Positions 49,460 to 63,639 of a DNA stretch of 64,000 bases are shown piece after piece (the stretch's first letter is position 1; each line of letters opens with the position of its first letter). The stretch is from the NCBI RefSeq assembly GCF_001194135.2, contig NC_068988.1, forward strand, positions 78,297,079 through 78,361,078. Direction: 5' to 3'. Under the pieces are notes generated by a model. It had not been told where the DNA came from. It saw only the letters and a program-made list of their open reading frames with translations, and did no database searches. The translations under genes were made by a program, and so were the position numbers. This DNA comes from Octopus bimaculoides (Eukaryota).

Positions 49460-50450
49460 CATTCACCATCGTCATCATCATTGTTTAATGTCCTCCTTCC
49501 ATGCTGGCTAGGGTTGTATGGTTTGACAGGAGCTGGCCAGGCAGAAGCCTGCACCAGACTTCTGTGTCTGTTTTAGCAGGGTTTTTGTAGCTGGATGCCC
49601 TTCCTAACACCAACCACCCCACAAGGCAGGCTGAGTGCTTTTTACGTGGCACCAGCACAGGCAAGATCAATTTCGGTGTGATCTTTACAGTTCAATACCC
49701 TTCCAAATGCCAACCACTTTACAGTGTGGATGCTTAAGTGGCACCTGTACTGGCAGGGTCACCAAGTAACTTTGCAAGACAAGGAATCTTTGAGAGGGGA
49801 GGGAGCATTGGAGGAGCTAATCTTGCATCATATAATGAATGGTGAGAGTTTGACTGATAGACAAAAACAGATGTCTTGCTGTAGAGGAGGTATGTGTAGA
49901 GAGAGGGAGAGAGTTAACCATGAAGAAGGCAGGAACAAGTGTGCTGATGTAAAGGAGATACTTGGTTACCTAACCAAAGGTAAGAGCAAAAGGAGGGAGA
50001 GAGAGTGATCAAGATTGAAGGCAGAAACAGGTGTGCTGCTGTAGTGGAGATACATGGTTACCCAGCCAGAGGTAAGAGCAAAAGAAAAGGGAGAGAGTGG
50101 GAGACAGACAGCAAGAGTGAAAGAGAGAGCAGGAAAGAGATGGTGGTAAAGTATCGCGGTATACTCACAAGGAATGGAGAGCAGAGCATAGATGGGATGA
50201 CAGAGTAAGGAAGAGAGAAATAAATAGTGGCAGTTGCCAGGACATACCCCCTAAGAATGGAGGTCATAATATACATGGCCAAGTATTGCCAAGAGGCATG
50301 CATAGGGAGTGGGATGGGGGATGCTGTGGCTGGTGAGGACCTGGATATATAGCGGGGTAGCGGGAACACTGTTATAGTCAGCAGGATAGTGAGGACAGGA
50401 TTAAGGAGTAGGAGATAATCATAGAGTATGAAGAGGAAATGTGAGGAAGG
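49460..50450 (-). repeat. RTE-tail repeat followed by GA-rich decayed segment
   Basis: catcattgtttaatgtcc...ttccatgctggc tail at 49470-49760; purine-rich stretch similar in composition and motifs to 54000-54780 and (reverse) 58150-58700. Confidence 0.55.
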
Positions 50451-51691
50451 GAAGAGATACAGTTTGGGAGAAGAGATGTTGGTGTAGTTTGGTTTGTTGG
50501 GGTAGGGTGTGTGAAAATTTCCACATTATCCACAGTAATATATATTTTTCTTAAGTTGGACTATGAAGAGATGGGATTAATAATTTCAGATGAATCACAT
50601 GAAAAGTGAAAGTAGCTGGATGATCATCATGTTTAACTGCTGAAGCCTATGACTTATTTACAGTTTCTGTTTTCGCAGTGATTTTGAATATTCATTTAGT
50701 CATATTGAAGGATTTCTCTATAGACACATATTTTGAACCATGCTATGTTTATATATTATAATTTCAATGCAGGTATATATTTATAATCATGCTATTTTGG
50801 TTTAATTATGAGGCATAAAGTTCTAATTTGTTTTTTATATTTTGTATTTGTAAATCTTGAAGCATATCCCTGTTACCCATCACACAGCAGTTGAATGGGT
50901 TTCTTTCTACTTGTTCTAAACAAAGCTGTTAGGTTAATTCTGTGTAGTTAATCAGTGTTTCAACCAAATCTCGTTTTAGCAAATTCTGAAATTCTAAATC
51001 TCCAATTCATATCCACCAGGAAGGTTGAAATGATCACAGCCACAAAATATCAGTTTAAAGATATTATTTGATCAGTTTCCTCCTTTCCATATGTCATCTG
51101 AAGTGAATATATGCAATATCAAAAGATAATTGCAGAGACAACGACAACAACGTCTATTGAAGCAACCACAGCAATAGTTTCTATTAGAGCAATTACAATA
51201 AGTGGTTGCTTGTCAAAACACCAAAACAACGACAACAACTTTTATCAGGATTACCCCAACTTTTATTGGCAGAACAACAAAAAAGTCACTGTTATCACTA
51301 CTGAATATATTGCAATCTGTTTGCAGTTCATAGTTGTTATTAGATGTTAAGAATGTGCTGCAAAGCTGTGTAATTAAGGAAACAAATGACATGTTCTATA
51401 AGCAGGTTAACCACTAACAGCTTGTCACACCACTTATGTAATTTCCCTGATCAATTATTATATTTGCTTCAGTTCAAGCAACACAGTTGACCAACAAAAC
51501 ACTAAAACCCAGTATGTGCATCTCTTAATGATGCACATGCACTCTACTACTCTGTGTTATTGCTTTCTGATCCAATATATTATAATTCTATATAATGTTT
51601 CGATTGAATTAGGATGTACTAATTAATTTCAACCTTGTTGGGTTGGTAGGACATTGGACAAAATACTTTGGAATATTTAGTTATATTTTCT

Positions 51692-51900
51692 TAAGTGGTG
51701 AGCTGCAGAAATGTTAGCATGCTGGGTAAAATGCATAGCAGCATTTCGTCAATTTTCACATTCTGAGTTCAAATTCTGTTGAAGCTGACTTTGCCTTTCA
51801 TCTCTTCAAGGTCAATAAAATAAATACCAGTTGAGTACTGGGGTCGATGTAATCGACTTATCCCCTCCCTGAAATCACTTTATACCAAAATTTGAAATAA
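51692..51900 (+). repeat. tRNA-derived SINE (Meta-like core)
   Basis: aagtggtgagctgcagaaatgttagcatgctgggtaaaatgc...ttctgagttcaaattc...gcctttcatc...gtaccag...ggggtcgatgtaatcgacttatcccctccc. Confidence 0.8.
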
Positions 51901-53019
51901 TATTTAATTACCTGTTGTTACATTCTGAGTTCAAATCTGACCAGGGTTAACTTCACCTTTTATCTTTTTGGAGTCAGTAAAGTACAATTAATGGAACCAA
52001 CTGAAAATAAGCTGTACTTTCTCTCCCTATGTCTTTGTCTTCAGTATTCCAACTTATTTTTTGACAAATGGCTTTGCTCTAGTTTATAAATTTATTTAAT
52101 AATGTGATAAATATTTACAGTAGCCTAACTAATTCATGTTTATAAATATGTTTTGTGACACTAAATGTCACAACTGAGTGAATAAAGCAAGAAATGTTAG
52201 ATTTACTTCAGACTGAGGTTGAGGTGAAGAACTATTAGGTTTCCATTTGTTTTTGAGATTGAGCTGAGGAAGTATTAGTTTCTCTTTACTCTGGTTCCTT
52301 ACAAGGATTAATTTTTATTTCTGAGAAATGTTTTAGAGTGTAAACAAAACCTAATGTGAGGCCTGTTGGTGTGTGTGCTTAAGTTTCTTTTACAAGGAGA
52401 GGACCATAGGTCAGAGTATTACTTTTCATCACAAGATGGTCCTTCATCAAAGAATTGAAGGGCCTTGCAATGAACTTTAGTTACTTCTTTGCCTGGCATA
52501 TTAACATATTTGACTTTCAAAAGTCTGGTGTCAACTAGGACCATTGCTAAATTATCTCTACTACTTCTAGTAATTAACTATAATTAACTATAAATGCTTC
52601 ATGACTTCCAATCCCCTTACATCTTGTTCTCTTTTGCTTATTACTTCCTGATGATAATTCTTACTTCTGCATCTCTTATAAGTTTTGTTGTTTATTTTGT
52701 TGACTGTAGTAATACTTGTAGTTGTATAGTAATTAATGGTAGTAGTAGATTTATAGTTATTATAGTTGTAGTTGTTATTAGGGTGATACACTGGCAGAAT
52801 TGTTAGAGTATCAAACAAAATATTTTGTGGTATTTCCTCTGGCTCTTAATGTTTTGACTTCAAATTCCACTTTGGTGTCAAAAAAAAAAAAAAAAAAAAA
52901 AAAAAGAAGTACCTGTCAAGTACTTGGGTTAATGTTATCAGCTAATTCCGTTCAAAATTGCTGACCTTGTGCCCAAATCACTGTTATCATCATCACCACC
53001 ACCATCATCATCATCATCA

Positions 53020-53200
53020 TTTGGGTGGTGGATTTGGCAAAATCATTAAAACATCAGAAATTATATTCTGTTATATTCTGAGTTCAAATCCCACCAAGGT
53101 CAATTTTTATCTTTCATCCTTCTGGGGTTTATGAAATAAAGTGCCACTCAAGCACTGGTATCAGTATAATTTGACTAGTCCCCCTACCTAAGATGCATCC
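53020..53200 (+). repeat. tRNA-derived SINE (Meta-like core), decayed
   Basis: ttctgagttcaaatcccaccaaggtc...tttcatccttctggggt...; same family as 51692-51900. Confidence 0.65.
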
Positions 53201-55652
53201 TGTTATTTGTATGATTTGGGAGCCTCAGCTCAGACTGTTTGGACATGTTGGATCCTGTATATTGTTTCCTTCTCTGAGGATTCAGTGAGGTTGACAGCTC
53301 ATGTTGGTCAGCCACATGTCACATGGTCACAGCAGATGAGGAAGTATTTTCAGAGATGGGGACTGGCAGGGACACTGTTCAGAGAATTGCCTGGAATGAC
53401 CCAAGCAAATACCAACAAAGGGTGGATACAACTACGTGCTGCCAGAACACATGCCCCATACCTGGCCTAACCTATCTTAAAACTTTTGGCCTTGTGCCAA
53501 AATCATCATTATTATTATATTGGTTTAAAGATACCTTTCTCCTTTCCTGTCATCTGTTTTGGAGACTCAGAAAGCAGTATGGTTATAGATGCTGACTTTT
53601 TCTTTTTGACTAAACAGTAGAAAACTGAGTTTGCAGTTGTATGCTGCACACAGGTGAAGATACTAACAAAGAGAGACAGTGTGAAAAGAGGACTGTGAGA
53701 ACCAGTAGAATTATTGAACATTGAAGCTATTGAGTTTGATGTGAGAGATAGGGTTGGATGAAAGTCAAATAATTTTGGTGTAATTTAGGCAGAAGGCAAA
53801 ATTAGAAGAATGTGGAGAAGAGAAACTTTGCGCTAGAGTTTAACACCGTCATGTAGCCCTTAGGTGCCTTTACTCATGCCCCCTTTATTGCATGCATTTA
53901 AACATATTTTCTGGTCTCTATCAATTTCAGATCCTGCAAAGTGTCATGGGCATTGTTGTTTCTCTTCTGATTAAGCAATGATGAATGAGCATGATAATAA
54001 TAATTAAATGAACATCTTCCTTACTGTAATGGGTTGGATGGTCTAACAGGATCTGAAGGATTAGAAGATTATATTATGCTCCAATGTCTGCTTTAGGGTA
54101 GTTTTCATGCCTGGATTTCCTCTCTAATGCTAACCACTTTATGCAGAGTACTAGATGCTGTTATGGTACCAACTCTAGTGGGGTTACTTGGAACTTGCAA
54201 GACTAAAAGGAGAAGGGAGGGGATGTGATAGTTCTTGAGAGTATAAAGTTTGCTAAGTGGAACAGAATTATTATTGTGAGAAAGTATTAGTGGAGAGAGT
54301 AATAAAGTAGACACTACTAAGGGAGTATGGAAGGAGAAAGGGTTAGTGAAAAAAGAGGGGATAAAGTGGAAAGATAAGGTGGGTTGTGTAGAAGGGTCCA
54401 GGGCTATTCCACTCAGTAATGGCAAGCATGGGTGAAAGGAAACATGAGAGGACGAGATAAGGGTGGTAAGAGTCATGAGAGTGAAAGAAAGGTGTGAAGA
54501 TCATGGAGAATTCTAGATGGGGAGAAATTATAGAACGTATTGAGGAGGTAGTGGTGAAGCTGTAGAGAGGAGACAGTGAGAGAAAATAAGGCAAAGGATG
54601 GGGCAGTAGTGGGGAAGTACAATGAGAGAATTGAAAGAATGAAAAGGTGGATGTTATCACAGAGGCAGGAGAGAAAAGAAGAGTATGGAGAAATGAATGG
54701 TGAAGTGAATGATATATAAGTGTAGACACCAACTTAAAAATGCTAGAAAATAAAGTGTGTGGGCTTGACAATAAAGATAGGTTTTGAGATAAACCTGTAA
54801 GGTTTATAGTTCTATGGCCCTACATTATAGAGAGTTTGTTATATCAGTATCCAACAGACTAATTGCCAAACAGGATGTTTTATAGTCTCTAGTTTGCTAC
54901 CACACCATTTCAGGTTCAAATCACTTCAAAATTGCTTTTAGTCACAAAGCAAAGACACTTTTAAGACTAAACAAAACATCATACTTGTGTTGGATTAGGA
55001 ATGGCTTTAGGCTGAGCAAAAACAACCGCACAATAAAATTTGCCATATTAATTTTTCCTCAAGTGAAAATACCAAATACTTTCTAAATGGTAAACCCATT
55101 TTCGTTAATTTTATTCCCAATATGTGGTCCAGCCTAGCCTTAAATTTCATAACTAAAACTGAACTAAACAACTAACATTTTAATACTGTTTCTGTTGTTT
55201 CTTGGAATGCCACATCTACTGCTACTACTATACTACCACTACTGATACTTCCTACCACCACTACCACTGCCCCTACCATAAACATCATCACCAAAACCAC
55301 TTCAACCACCCATCTGCAACTTTTACTACATAACTATCAGTCAATGAGGCCTTAGTGTGGTTACTTGGCTTACTAGAGATAGCAGTTAAATTTCCTTCAG
55401 ATCATATCTTAGGAAAGAAACACCTGTGGTTTTGGGTTGATTGTGTACCTAGTAAAATATAGAAGACAGGATTGGCATGTCTAAAATGTCTTCATTTGAC
55501 TACTTAACAACTGTTATCATCTCTCCTTTCTCACAGGAAGTTGGTGGTGGAGATGAATCTAATATATAAATACTAATGTTGAATGTCACTGTTGGAAAAG
55601 CAGCACACTGGTTTATTGTACAGAGATCAGTAATAGTAGCAGCAAGAAATAA

Positions 55653-55708
<56 letters not shown>

Positions 55709-55921
55709 ACCTGTGTCAGTCTTGTGTGTAAAATAGCCAGGAACTGAGCAGCTTGATTATTATTCTGATGTGACATTTTTTATATATTTGTATGTGTCTA
55801 CTGATGAGTGTATGTGTTAGCTACCTCTACTGTGGTGGTGGTTGGGGGGTTAGATGTGATAAAATTTTGCAAATCTTTTCATTTAGTTATTGTTAAAATC
55901 ATATATATATATATATATATA

Positions 55922-56560
55922 TTTGCCACCTCTTCTGTGTTCGGCTGCTGTTGCTCCATGGGTTTATTTCGTTAATGTATTTTTGATGTTGTTGATTATC
56001 AGTTGAAATTGTTACATTTGAGCTCCTGTTAAAATTGAACTGTTGTCGTCGTTGACTAAAATTTTCACCCTACAGGGCGGAAAATTATTTTTGCACAACT
56101 TGTTGGACTGTTTTGTACCCATTGCAGGGTAAAAAAATTAATTTTTGTCATTTTGACAAAATATATTTACAATTCTTTCCGGAATTCGGAGGCCATTTGT
56201 AAAAATGGAATTAAACCTATTTTCAAATATTGACTTTCTGTACTCAAACGAGGACTCCCCGGCAATGAAAGGAAATAACCAAGTTTCTAATCAGGAAGAA
56301 AAGGAAAAACCCAGTTTCTCTGCTGCTGTTAGTGGTAACTTTTCTGAATTGGAGGTGTCCAAGGAACAACTAATTAAGTTTAGAAACCTTATTAAAAAAA
56401 GTGACAATGAAACAAAACTGTTGCCACCACAGGATATGTAACAAAACTGAACTGCCATAACAGTAGTCTTTAAGATATATAACCTGAAAGAGAAAAGAAT
56501 TATGTCTGTGAAGAATGAGGTGGTAGAAAAGTGCCTCGCCCCCGTCTTTCATCATAAGTG
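55922..56560 (+). mobile_element. Probable 5' UTR and start of ORF1 (gag-like) of a non-LTR element, 3'-truncated
   Basis: After (TA)n, a 280-bp leader then MELNLFSNIDF...KPSFSAAVSG...; the same frame continues past two stops as TAITVVFKIYNLKEKR...EKCLAPVF. The SF/YAAAV motif is common at ORF1 N-termini. Confidence 0.4.
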
Positions 56561-56943
56561 AATATTAACAGTATTTCTTTCTAAGTTTTACTGTTACATT
56601 CTCTTCCTATAAATAATTCCAAAAACCTTTCTTTCCTAGTTTCATGATATTTGTTATTTTCATATGTTAGTGACTATCCTCCTGCAAATTAAACTCACCT
56701 ATGCTGTTAGAAGGGTCAGCTGCTTCCTGATTTATGAAAGAGACCAACAAAGCAGCCTCAGAAACAATACTTGTTTTGATAGGGAACTAAAACCCACTTC
56801 TGGGTTATATAACTATTTTCTAAAGCTACAGTCTTTTCTGCTTTTGTTTTACCTTGTTTTTAGTTTCACACATTAATTAAACTATTGGTGGTGGCTTTAA
56901 TAACGAGGCCAAAAAGATTATTATTAGCAGAAAATGTTCAATT

Positions 56944-56975
<32 letters not shown>

Positions 56976-57029
56976 TGCTTAACGTCCATCTTCCATGCAT
57001 GTTTGAAGATTTCAACTGTTAGCAGCAGC

Positions 57030-57076
<47 letters not shown>

Positions 57077-58894
57077 ACTTGAACTGGAGACAGACGTGAT
57101 TGGTTAGTTTTGGGCCATAGATATGTTTGGATGCAAAAGTTGAGGTCACTTGCTGTGAACAACTGCTGTTCACATACTTATGGCCATTGTTGTAATCACT
57201 TTTGTCTTTATCATCATTTGATGTCATGGTTACTAATGGTTACCATCATAGTCATTACATTAGTTATGTGATTTATTTTTAAGACTAACTCAAATTTAGC
57301 GGTGGCTGTAGTTAGTCAATTGCGTTGACATCACTACTTAACCAGCACTTTATTTTATTAACACCAGATCTTTCAGCTACTGAAGATTTTCTTCTCATTG
57401 TGAAGAAATTGATGAATACTTCTGAATCACTTCCACACATTATATTAACTTCTTTTGCATATTTAGTTATGAAATTGATGTCTTTATAGGAAAATGTTCC
57501 AAAATAAACTTGTGTGATTCTTACAGTGGCCTTGCACAAAGGAGCCTCTTTTTTGCCACTTCTTGATCTCTAGAAATAACATCCAAATTTTCTACATACC
57601 ATATCTAACTATTTGAACCCCTGAGTATGCTACAACAGGTGTAATTTCATTTGAGTATGTCCCTGAGAGACACAAAAGCAAGCGGTCATGTGGTTTTATG
57701 TTTACAGCTGAAAATAATTCTGTCTCTACCAATTAGTTGAGCCATAAAAAACAAAAACATATGGCTACCTGCTTTTGTGTCTGCTAGGGACATAGTCAAA
57801 CAACATCACACCTGCTAAAGCGTATTCACAATTTCAAAGGATTAAAAAAGAAGACACATTGTTTAATGCTGACCCAGATTCATTATTTCTGAGGTCATGT
57901 CTGGAATGCTTTTGATAGTAAGTCTGCTCAATTAAGGCTGTCCTTGGGCTAAACAGAGTATGTTTAAGTAAATACTGAAAGTGAGCAGTAGGTGTTGATT
58001 AAATGAATTATCACTGTGACAGTTTAGAAAAATATATACATACAAGTGTGTGTGTACAAATACATACCTGTCTGTCTACACACACGCACATACATTCATA
58101 ACTACATATATATGCAATCCTTCCTTTTATCACTCTAGCATTCATACACCTATTGCTGGTCTCTCACTCACTCTCTCGTCTTCTCACTCCCTCTGTACTG
58201 CACTACCAGTGTCACTAAGGATAGCAGTGGCTCTCTTTGGCTTACCACACATTGCTTCCAGTGTAGCAAAGAATACCACAGGACCTGTCTGACTCTCTCC
58301 CCAACACCCTACATCTCCCTCACTCACTCTTATCACCCTCATTCTCACCATTTTTACTATACACTTAAGAGATCTCACCAGACCTGCATGTGCTCTACCT
58401 ATATGTCCCACTAGCTATATCAACATCCATTGTTCACTCACCATTTACCCACCTCTCTCTCTCTTCACTGTACTCTCAAGTGCTGCTGTTACAATAAAAT
58501 GCAACCTGTACAATCTACTAAGTATGGGCTTATGAAGACCCTTTAGTCTCATCATAGAAAGCATAGCAACCTCTCTAGTGCTGGTTCCATGGCAAATGCA
58601 CTTAGTACTGTCTGTAAAGTGGATGTTACTCAGAAGAATACCCAGCCTTAGAAACCAAGCAAAAAATTTCACTCACAAGCAACATGTGGTCCTCTGACCA
58701 ATCTAGCCAATCTATTGGAACAGAAATGACCCATCCAGTTCCTGATGATCCACACACACACACACACACACACACGCATGCAGGGAGTGTCATGCATTTA
58801 TACAGTTGTGGTGTCAATTAGGTCAGCAAATAGTATTATTTAAGACATTAGTTCTGACTGTTCTCTGAGTTCAAATCCTGCTTCCTTTCCCTAA

Positions 58895-58958
<64 letters not shown>

Positions 58959-59057
58959 NNNNNNNNNNNNNNNNNNNNNNNNNNNNNNNNNNNNNNNNNN
59001 NNNNNNNNNNNNNNNNNNNNNNNNNNNNNNNNNNNNNNNNNNNNNNNNNNNNNNNNN

Positions 59058-59104
<47 letters not shown>

Positions 59105-61592
59105 CACATATATATATGTATCTATGTATGAGTGAAAATATTTTATGTGGTTAGATGATTTAGTGTCTATTTTTCAGCATATTGGCAAAGGGAATTTTTT
59201 CTCTTTGCCTTTATTTATATCTATATATGTATGTGTATGTATATATAAACAAGCATCAAAGTGCCAAGATAGATTAAATATTTTTAGAAACGAAGGAAAT
59301 CTCAAATACATTTGAGATTTCCTTCATTTTTAAATATATGTAATCATCATCATTTACTCTCCACATTTCTGCTCGCATGGATTAGACAGAAAAGTTGAGG
59401 CGAATCTTCTACAGCCAGATTCTCTTCTTGTAACAAAACACTCACCTGTTTTCAAGCAAATTTCCCTTTGGCCAGACATGTTTTCTATGCGAGACTAGAA
59501 ATGAACAACATTGTTTGTACGATAGTGATGCTTGTTTTACTGTCATCACATAATATTAAGACTTGGGCCCACACACATGTATATACATACATCATGCATA
59601 TATATATATATATATGTATATATGTATATTTTGAGATGGTCATTTTTTTTTTCTTTTACCAAATAAAGACATACACTATATATTCATTCTTCACTCATTT
59701 ATTATTGTTATTTTATCTTATGCTCTTTGTCTGGAAATCTTTCGTCACACTTCCGTGACCTCTTCAGTAACCTTTTCCATCCAGACTGGACTAAGCGGAG
59801 CAAGAAGATACATGTGGTTGAAAAGGGTTACTGAAGAGGTCACAAATGGACATGAGATAAAATAAGAACAATGGACATGAGATAAAATAAGAACAATAAT
59901 AAACGAGTAAAAAGCAAATATATAGTGTTTATTTGGCAAGGAAAAAAATGACCATCCCAAAATATAACAATATCTGTTTCAATACATGGTTTCATATCAG
60001 AAATCTTTCAGCACAAATTCATAAACGTGTGTGTGTGTGTGTGTATTTAGTAAATTAAATAGCATATAAATGCATAAACAAATGGAAAACAGACACAAAA
60101 GGTCATCAAATCCTCATTAGTTATTGGCCAGAAAGTCATACACAATTTTGTGCCTTCAACAATAATATTGTTCCCCTCTGATGGTGCTGACAGCAAGAAG
60201 CTGCCAGGAAATGGTAAGCCAACAAACAAGGGACCAAGGATGGCTGAAAGTGAACAAACAAATGAGAAATAAATATGCATTGCAGAAACATGAAATAAAT
60301 GTTATTCAAAACGAGACTGTTAGTGGATGGATGAGGAACAAAGATAAAAACAAACAAGACAAAATGTGAACATATGAACAAACTGAAATAAATAAGCAGA
60401 ATACAGCGTTAGGGCCAGACATGAGACAAAAATGTGGTTTAACACCAGGAGGAATATCCTAAAGGATTAGAAACAGGACAACTGAAAAACAGTGAAATGG
60501 GTTGGGTCATGTGTCAGTAGTAGGAGAGAGAAAAGTGGCAGAGAGAGACACAGAGAGCAGAGAAAGAAGGGTCAAGGGAAGGCAAATGGCAGGAACAGAT
60601 AGCAGCACAGAAGTGTAGAGAAAGAGAGAGAGGATAGGATAGGAATAGATGTATAAAAATGTACAAATATATACTCTAAACAAAATAAGGATCACACACA
60701 CACACATATACACATACGATAGGCTTCTTTCAGTTTCTATATAACAAATCCACTTTCAATGCTTTGTTGGTCCCAAAACTACAGTAGGAGATACTTGCTC
60801 AAAGTGCCTTGCAGTGGGACTAAACCTAAAACCTCATGACTGTGTGTGTGTGTGTGTGTGTGTGTGGCCAGAGACTAGAACTGAGTATATGTGTTGAAAG
60901 TGAAGTAGTTATATGCAAGAACCATATTAAGTAATTAAAGAGACCACAAAACCGTAACGTTAAATTTTCGTTTATTTCATGAGATATCAGTATATTCATT
61001 CTATAAATGTGACATAGTCAGTGACTGTCTTGCTGCAACTGTTTGAAAGTTAAATGCAAGTTCTTACACTACTTGTGGTTTATTGCTTTTGTTGATCACA
61101 TATATCAATCTGTATAGAAAGACAACAGGGCAACACCTGCCCTTTAGTAGGTGAGGCGGGGAAGGTAAAGGAGGAGGATGAAATACTGTAACTGAATAAA
61201 TTAAAACCTAATTTAAGTGGGGAAGGAAAGCTATGTGTTTGTCATGTATGTAAACTGATGTCGTCTGCCTTCAAGAAATAAATGCAAAGTGAATTTAACA
61301 GGTCTTTTATCTTTTTAAATATCTAATAAGGTCATGCCACAATACAAATGCTGTATAATATGCATGTGTTTGTATAATCAAATATAAATACATCATCATC
61401 ATCATCATCATCATCATTTAAAGTGCACTCTCCATGATGATTTTGGATTGGACAGCTTGACAGGGTCTGATGAATTGGAGTTACATGCCAGTGTTTGTTT
61501 TGACATGTCATGGTTTGGCTGACAATTGTGAAGTTCAAACTTTTGCTTGGAGTATCAGCAGTATATATAAATATATATATATATATATATAA

Positions 61593-61666
<74 letters not shown>

Positions 61667-63214
61667 TCACACATATGGATATCTGTGTTTGTGTGTGTGT
61701 TTGCATGTGTAAATCACACAAACACACACACATATATAAATGTGTTATATATGAAACACGTATACTTATAATAAGCAGCAGAAAGCTGCCTCAGTGTGAT
61801 GTTCTTGTGAGTTCATTCAATGCTGACAGAATATTACTGTCAAATTCAGCTCTGTCAGCAGAGGCAAACACACATGCACTGTACACATACACATGACATA
61901 ACCACACATGCACAGACACATTCAGTCTTTAATGTTATATAATAGAAAGGATAATATTTGCCTTCTCACTTTTGGAAATTGTGAGTTTGAACTCCTTGCA
62001 TATTTGATTACTTGTATGACACTAGCTGTTTACTTTCGATTTTATAAGGTAGTGGAAATTCTCTAATATTAGAGCTGTAACTATTTTGGTGGATTATATT
62101 TCTGTTATCTTCTACTTGTTTTTCGCAGAGGGATAATTCCATAGTAGATATGAATAGAAACCTGATGAAAATTTCTCTCTTTGTTTACTTAATCTATCGC
62201 AAGAAGAATTCCATAATTATTGCTATAATGGACTTATAACTGTAAATGTGATAACCAAAATACCTCATATATATAATAGGCTTTTTTTGCTTGTTTGGTT
62301 TGTATTGATGATTCCTGTTGACTCGCTAAATTTTCCCTTCTATGGTGTGCAAATAACAATCATTTTTTAAGTTACTTCAAATCTGGTTTCCCCTAAAAAT
62401 TATTAAATTTTATTTCCATTGCTGTAGCCTAAAATATATGTAAGGTCAAGTGCCAAAGACATTATTCTGCTTAGCGAAGGCATCTGGGAAATGTATAACT
62501 GCTGTCATTTGCAGAAAAACTACTGTTTTACTGTGAGAAAAGTGCTGTTGAAGTGTTAAGTGAAATTTGGCAATCAGGATTGAATCTATGCTATGCCCGC
62601 ATGAAGCCACTGCAAATATGCTGTGGAATAAAAAATTTATCTACTGTCATTGAAAAAGTGTCACTGTAAAAATGCAGAATTATCAGAGTCATGGGCAGTC
62701 AAAAAAATATGCATGTATAGAAATGTATGAATGAAGTCTTTAAGATTCACATCAAGGAAGTGCAATAATAATGTTTAGCAATTCAAAACTGAGTAGTGAA
62801 CTGCAGAATTAGGTCGGCTAATCGTGAGAATCAAATATTGATCATTTCGCTAAAAACTGCAGGTGGTATGGGTTATTTCCCTTGGGTTGTTTAAATAAAA
62901 TATTAATAATATGTAGTAGAAAGAAGGATCCATTGGAGGAGCCCTATTATCGATTTTTTTTCAACAATCTAAGTATGTGACAAGGTTTCCAGACATGAGT
63001 TCTACTCACGTGTCAAGTAAAGTATAAAAGTGATATTGTCTGCAAAAATTAGAAATTGGACACACAAAAGATCAATATTCAAAGTAATGAAAAATAAACA
63101 ATGAAACCTGTAAAATATTTCTAAATTCGATGGCTCAATTAGTTTCATGAAAATGTTGTATAAACTGTAAATAAGCAATAAATATTATGATTTGTAAAAT
63201 AAGTATAAGTGATA

Positions 63215-63310
63215 CAGGGTGTCCCAACTGAATGTAGTGTGGAAGTTTGGTTTCGTTTTTTAAGAATTTTTTAGCATTCAAAGTATTTGTTCATTGTATT
63301 GGGACACACG
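63215..63310. mobile_element. Small TA-flanked MITE
   Basis: TA|CAGGGTGTCCCAA ... TTGGGACACACG|TA imperfect TIRs of Tc1/mariner type. Confidence 0.45.
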
Positions 63311-63639
63311 TATTAAATACGTTCTGGAATCAAAAATTTTAACTGGAAAAATGCAAAATTATCGGTTATGGGCATTGAAAGTGTACATGCATCAAGAAAA
63401 TGCAATAATNNNNNNNNNNNNNNNNNNNNNNNNNNNNNNNNNNNNNNNNNNNNNNNNNNNNNNNNNNNNNNNNNNNNNNNNNNNNNNNNNNNNNNNNNNN
63501 NNNNNNNNNNNNNNNNNNNNNNNNNNNNNNNNNNNNNNNNNNNNNNNNNNNNNNNNNNNNNNNNNNNNNNNNNNNNNNNNNNNNNNNNNNNNNNNNNNNN
63601 NNNNNNNNNNNNNNNTATATATATATACACATATGTATA

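Noticed and set aside
51111-51350. Thr-rich ORF as the PLXDC mucin-like stalk exon
   Set aside because: No polypyrimidine tract before the AG, no good donor, and the sequence looks like decayed (ACA)n microsatellite.
55537-55569. Terminal PLXDC exon (EVGGGDESNI-stop)
   Set aside because: The acceptor is strong (ctctcctttctcacag), but there is no homology support and no TM exon was found upstream to connect it.
55800-55830. CTGATGAG hammerhead core
   Set aside because: No downstream stem II or GAAA; likely a chance 7-mer. Other CTGATGA hits inside Hero, RTE and R4 relics were rejected for the same reason.
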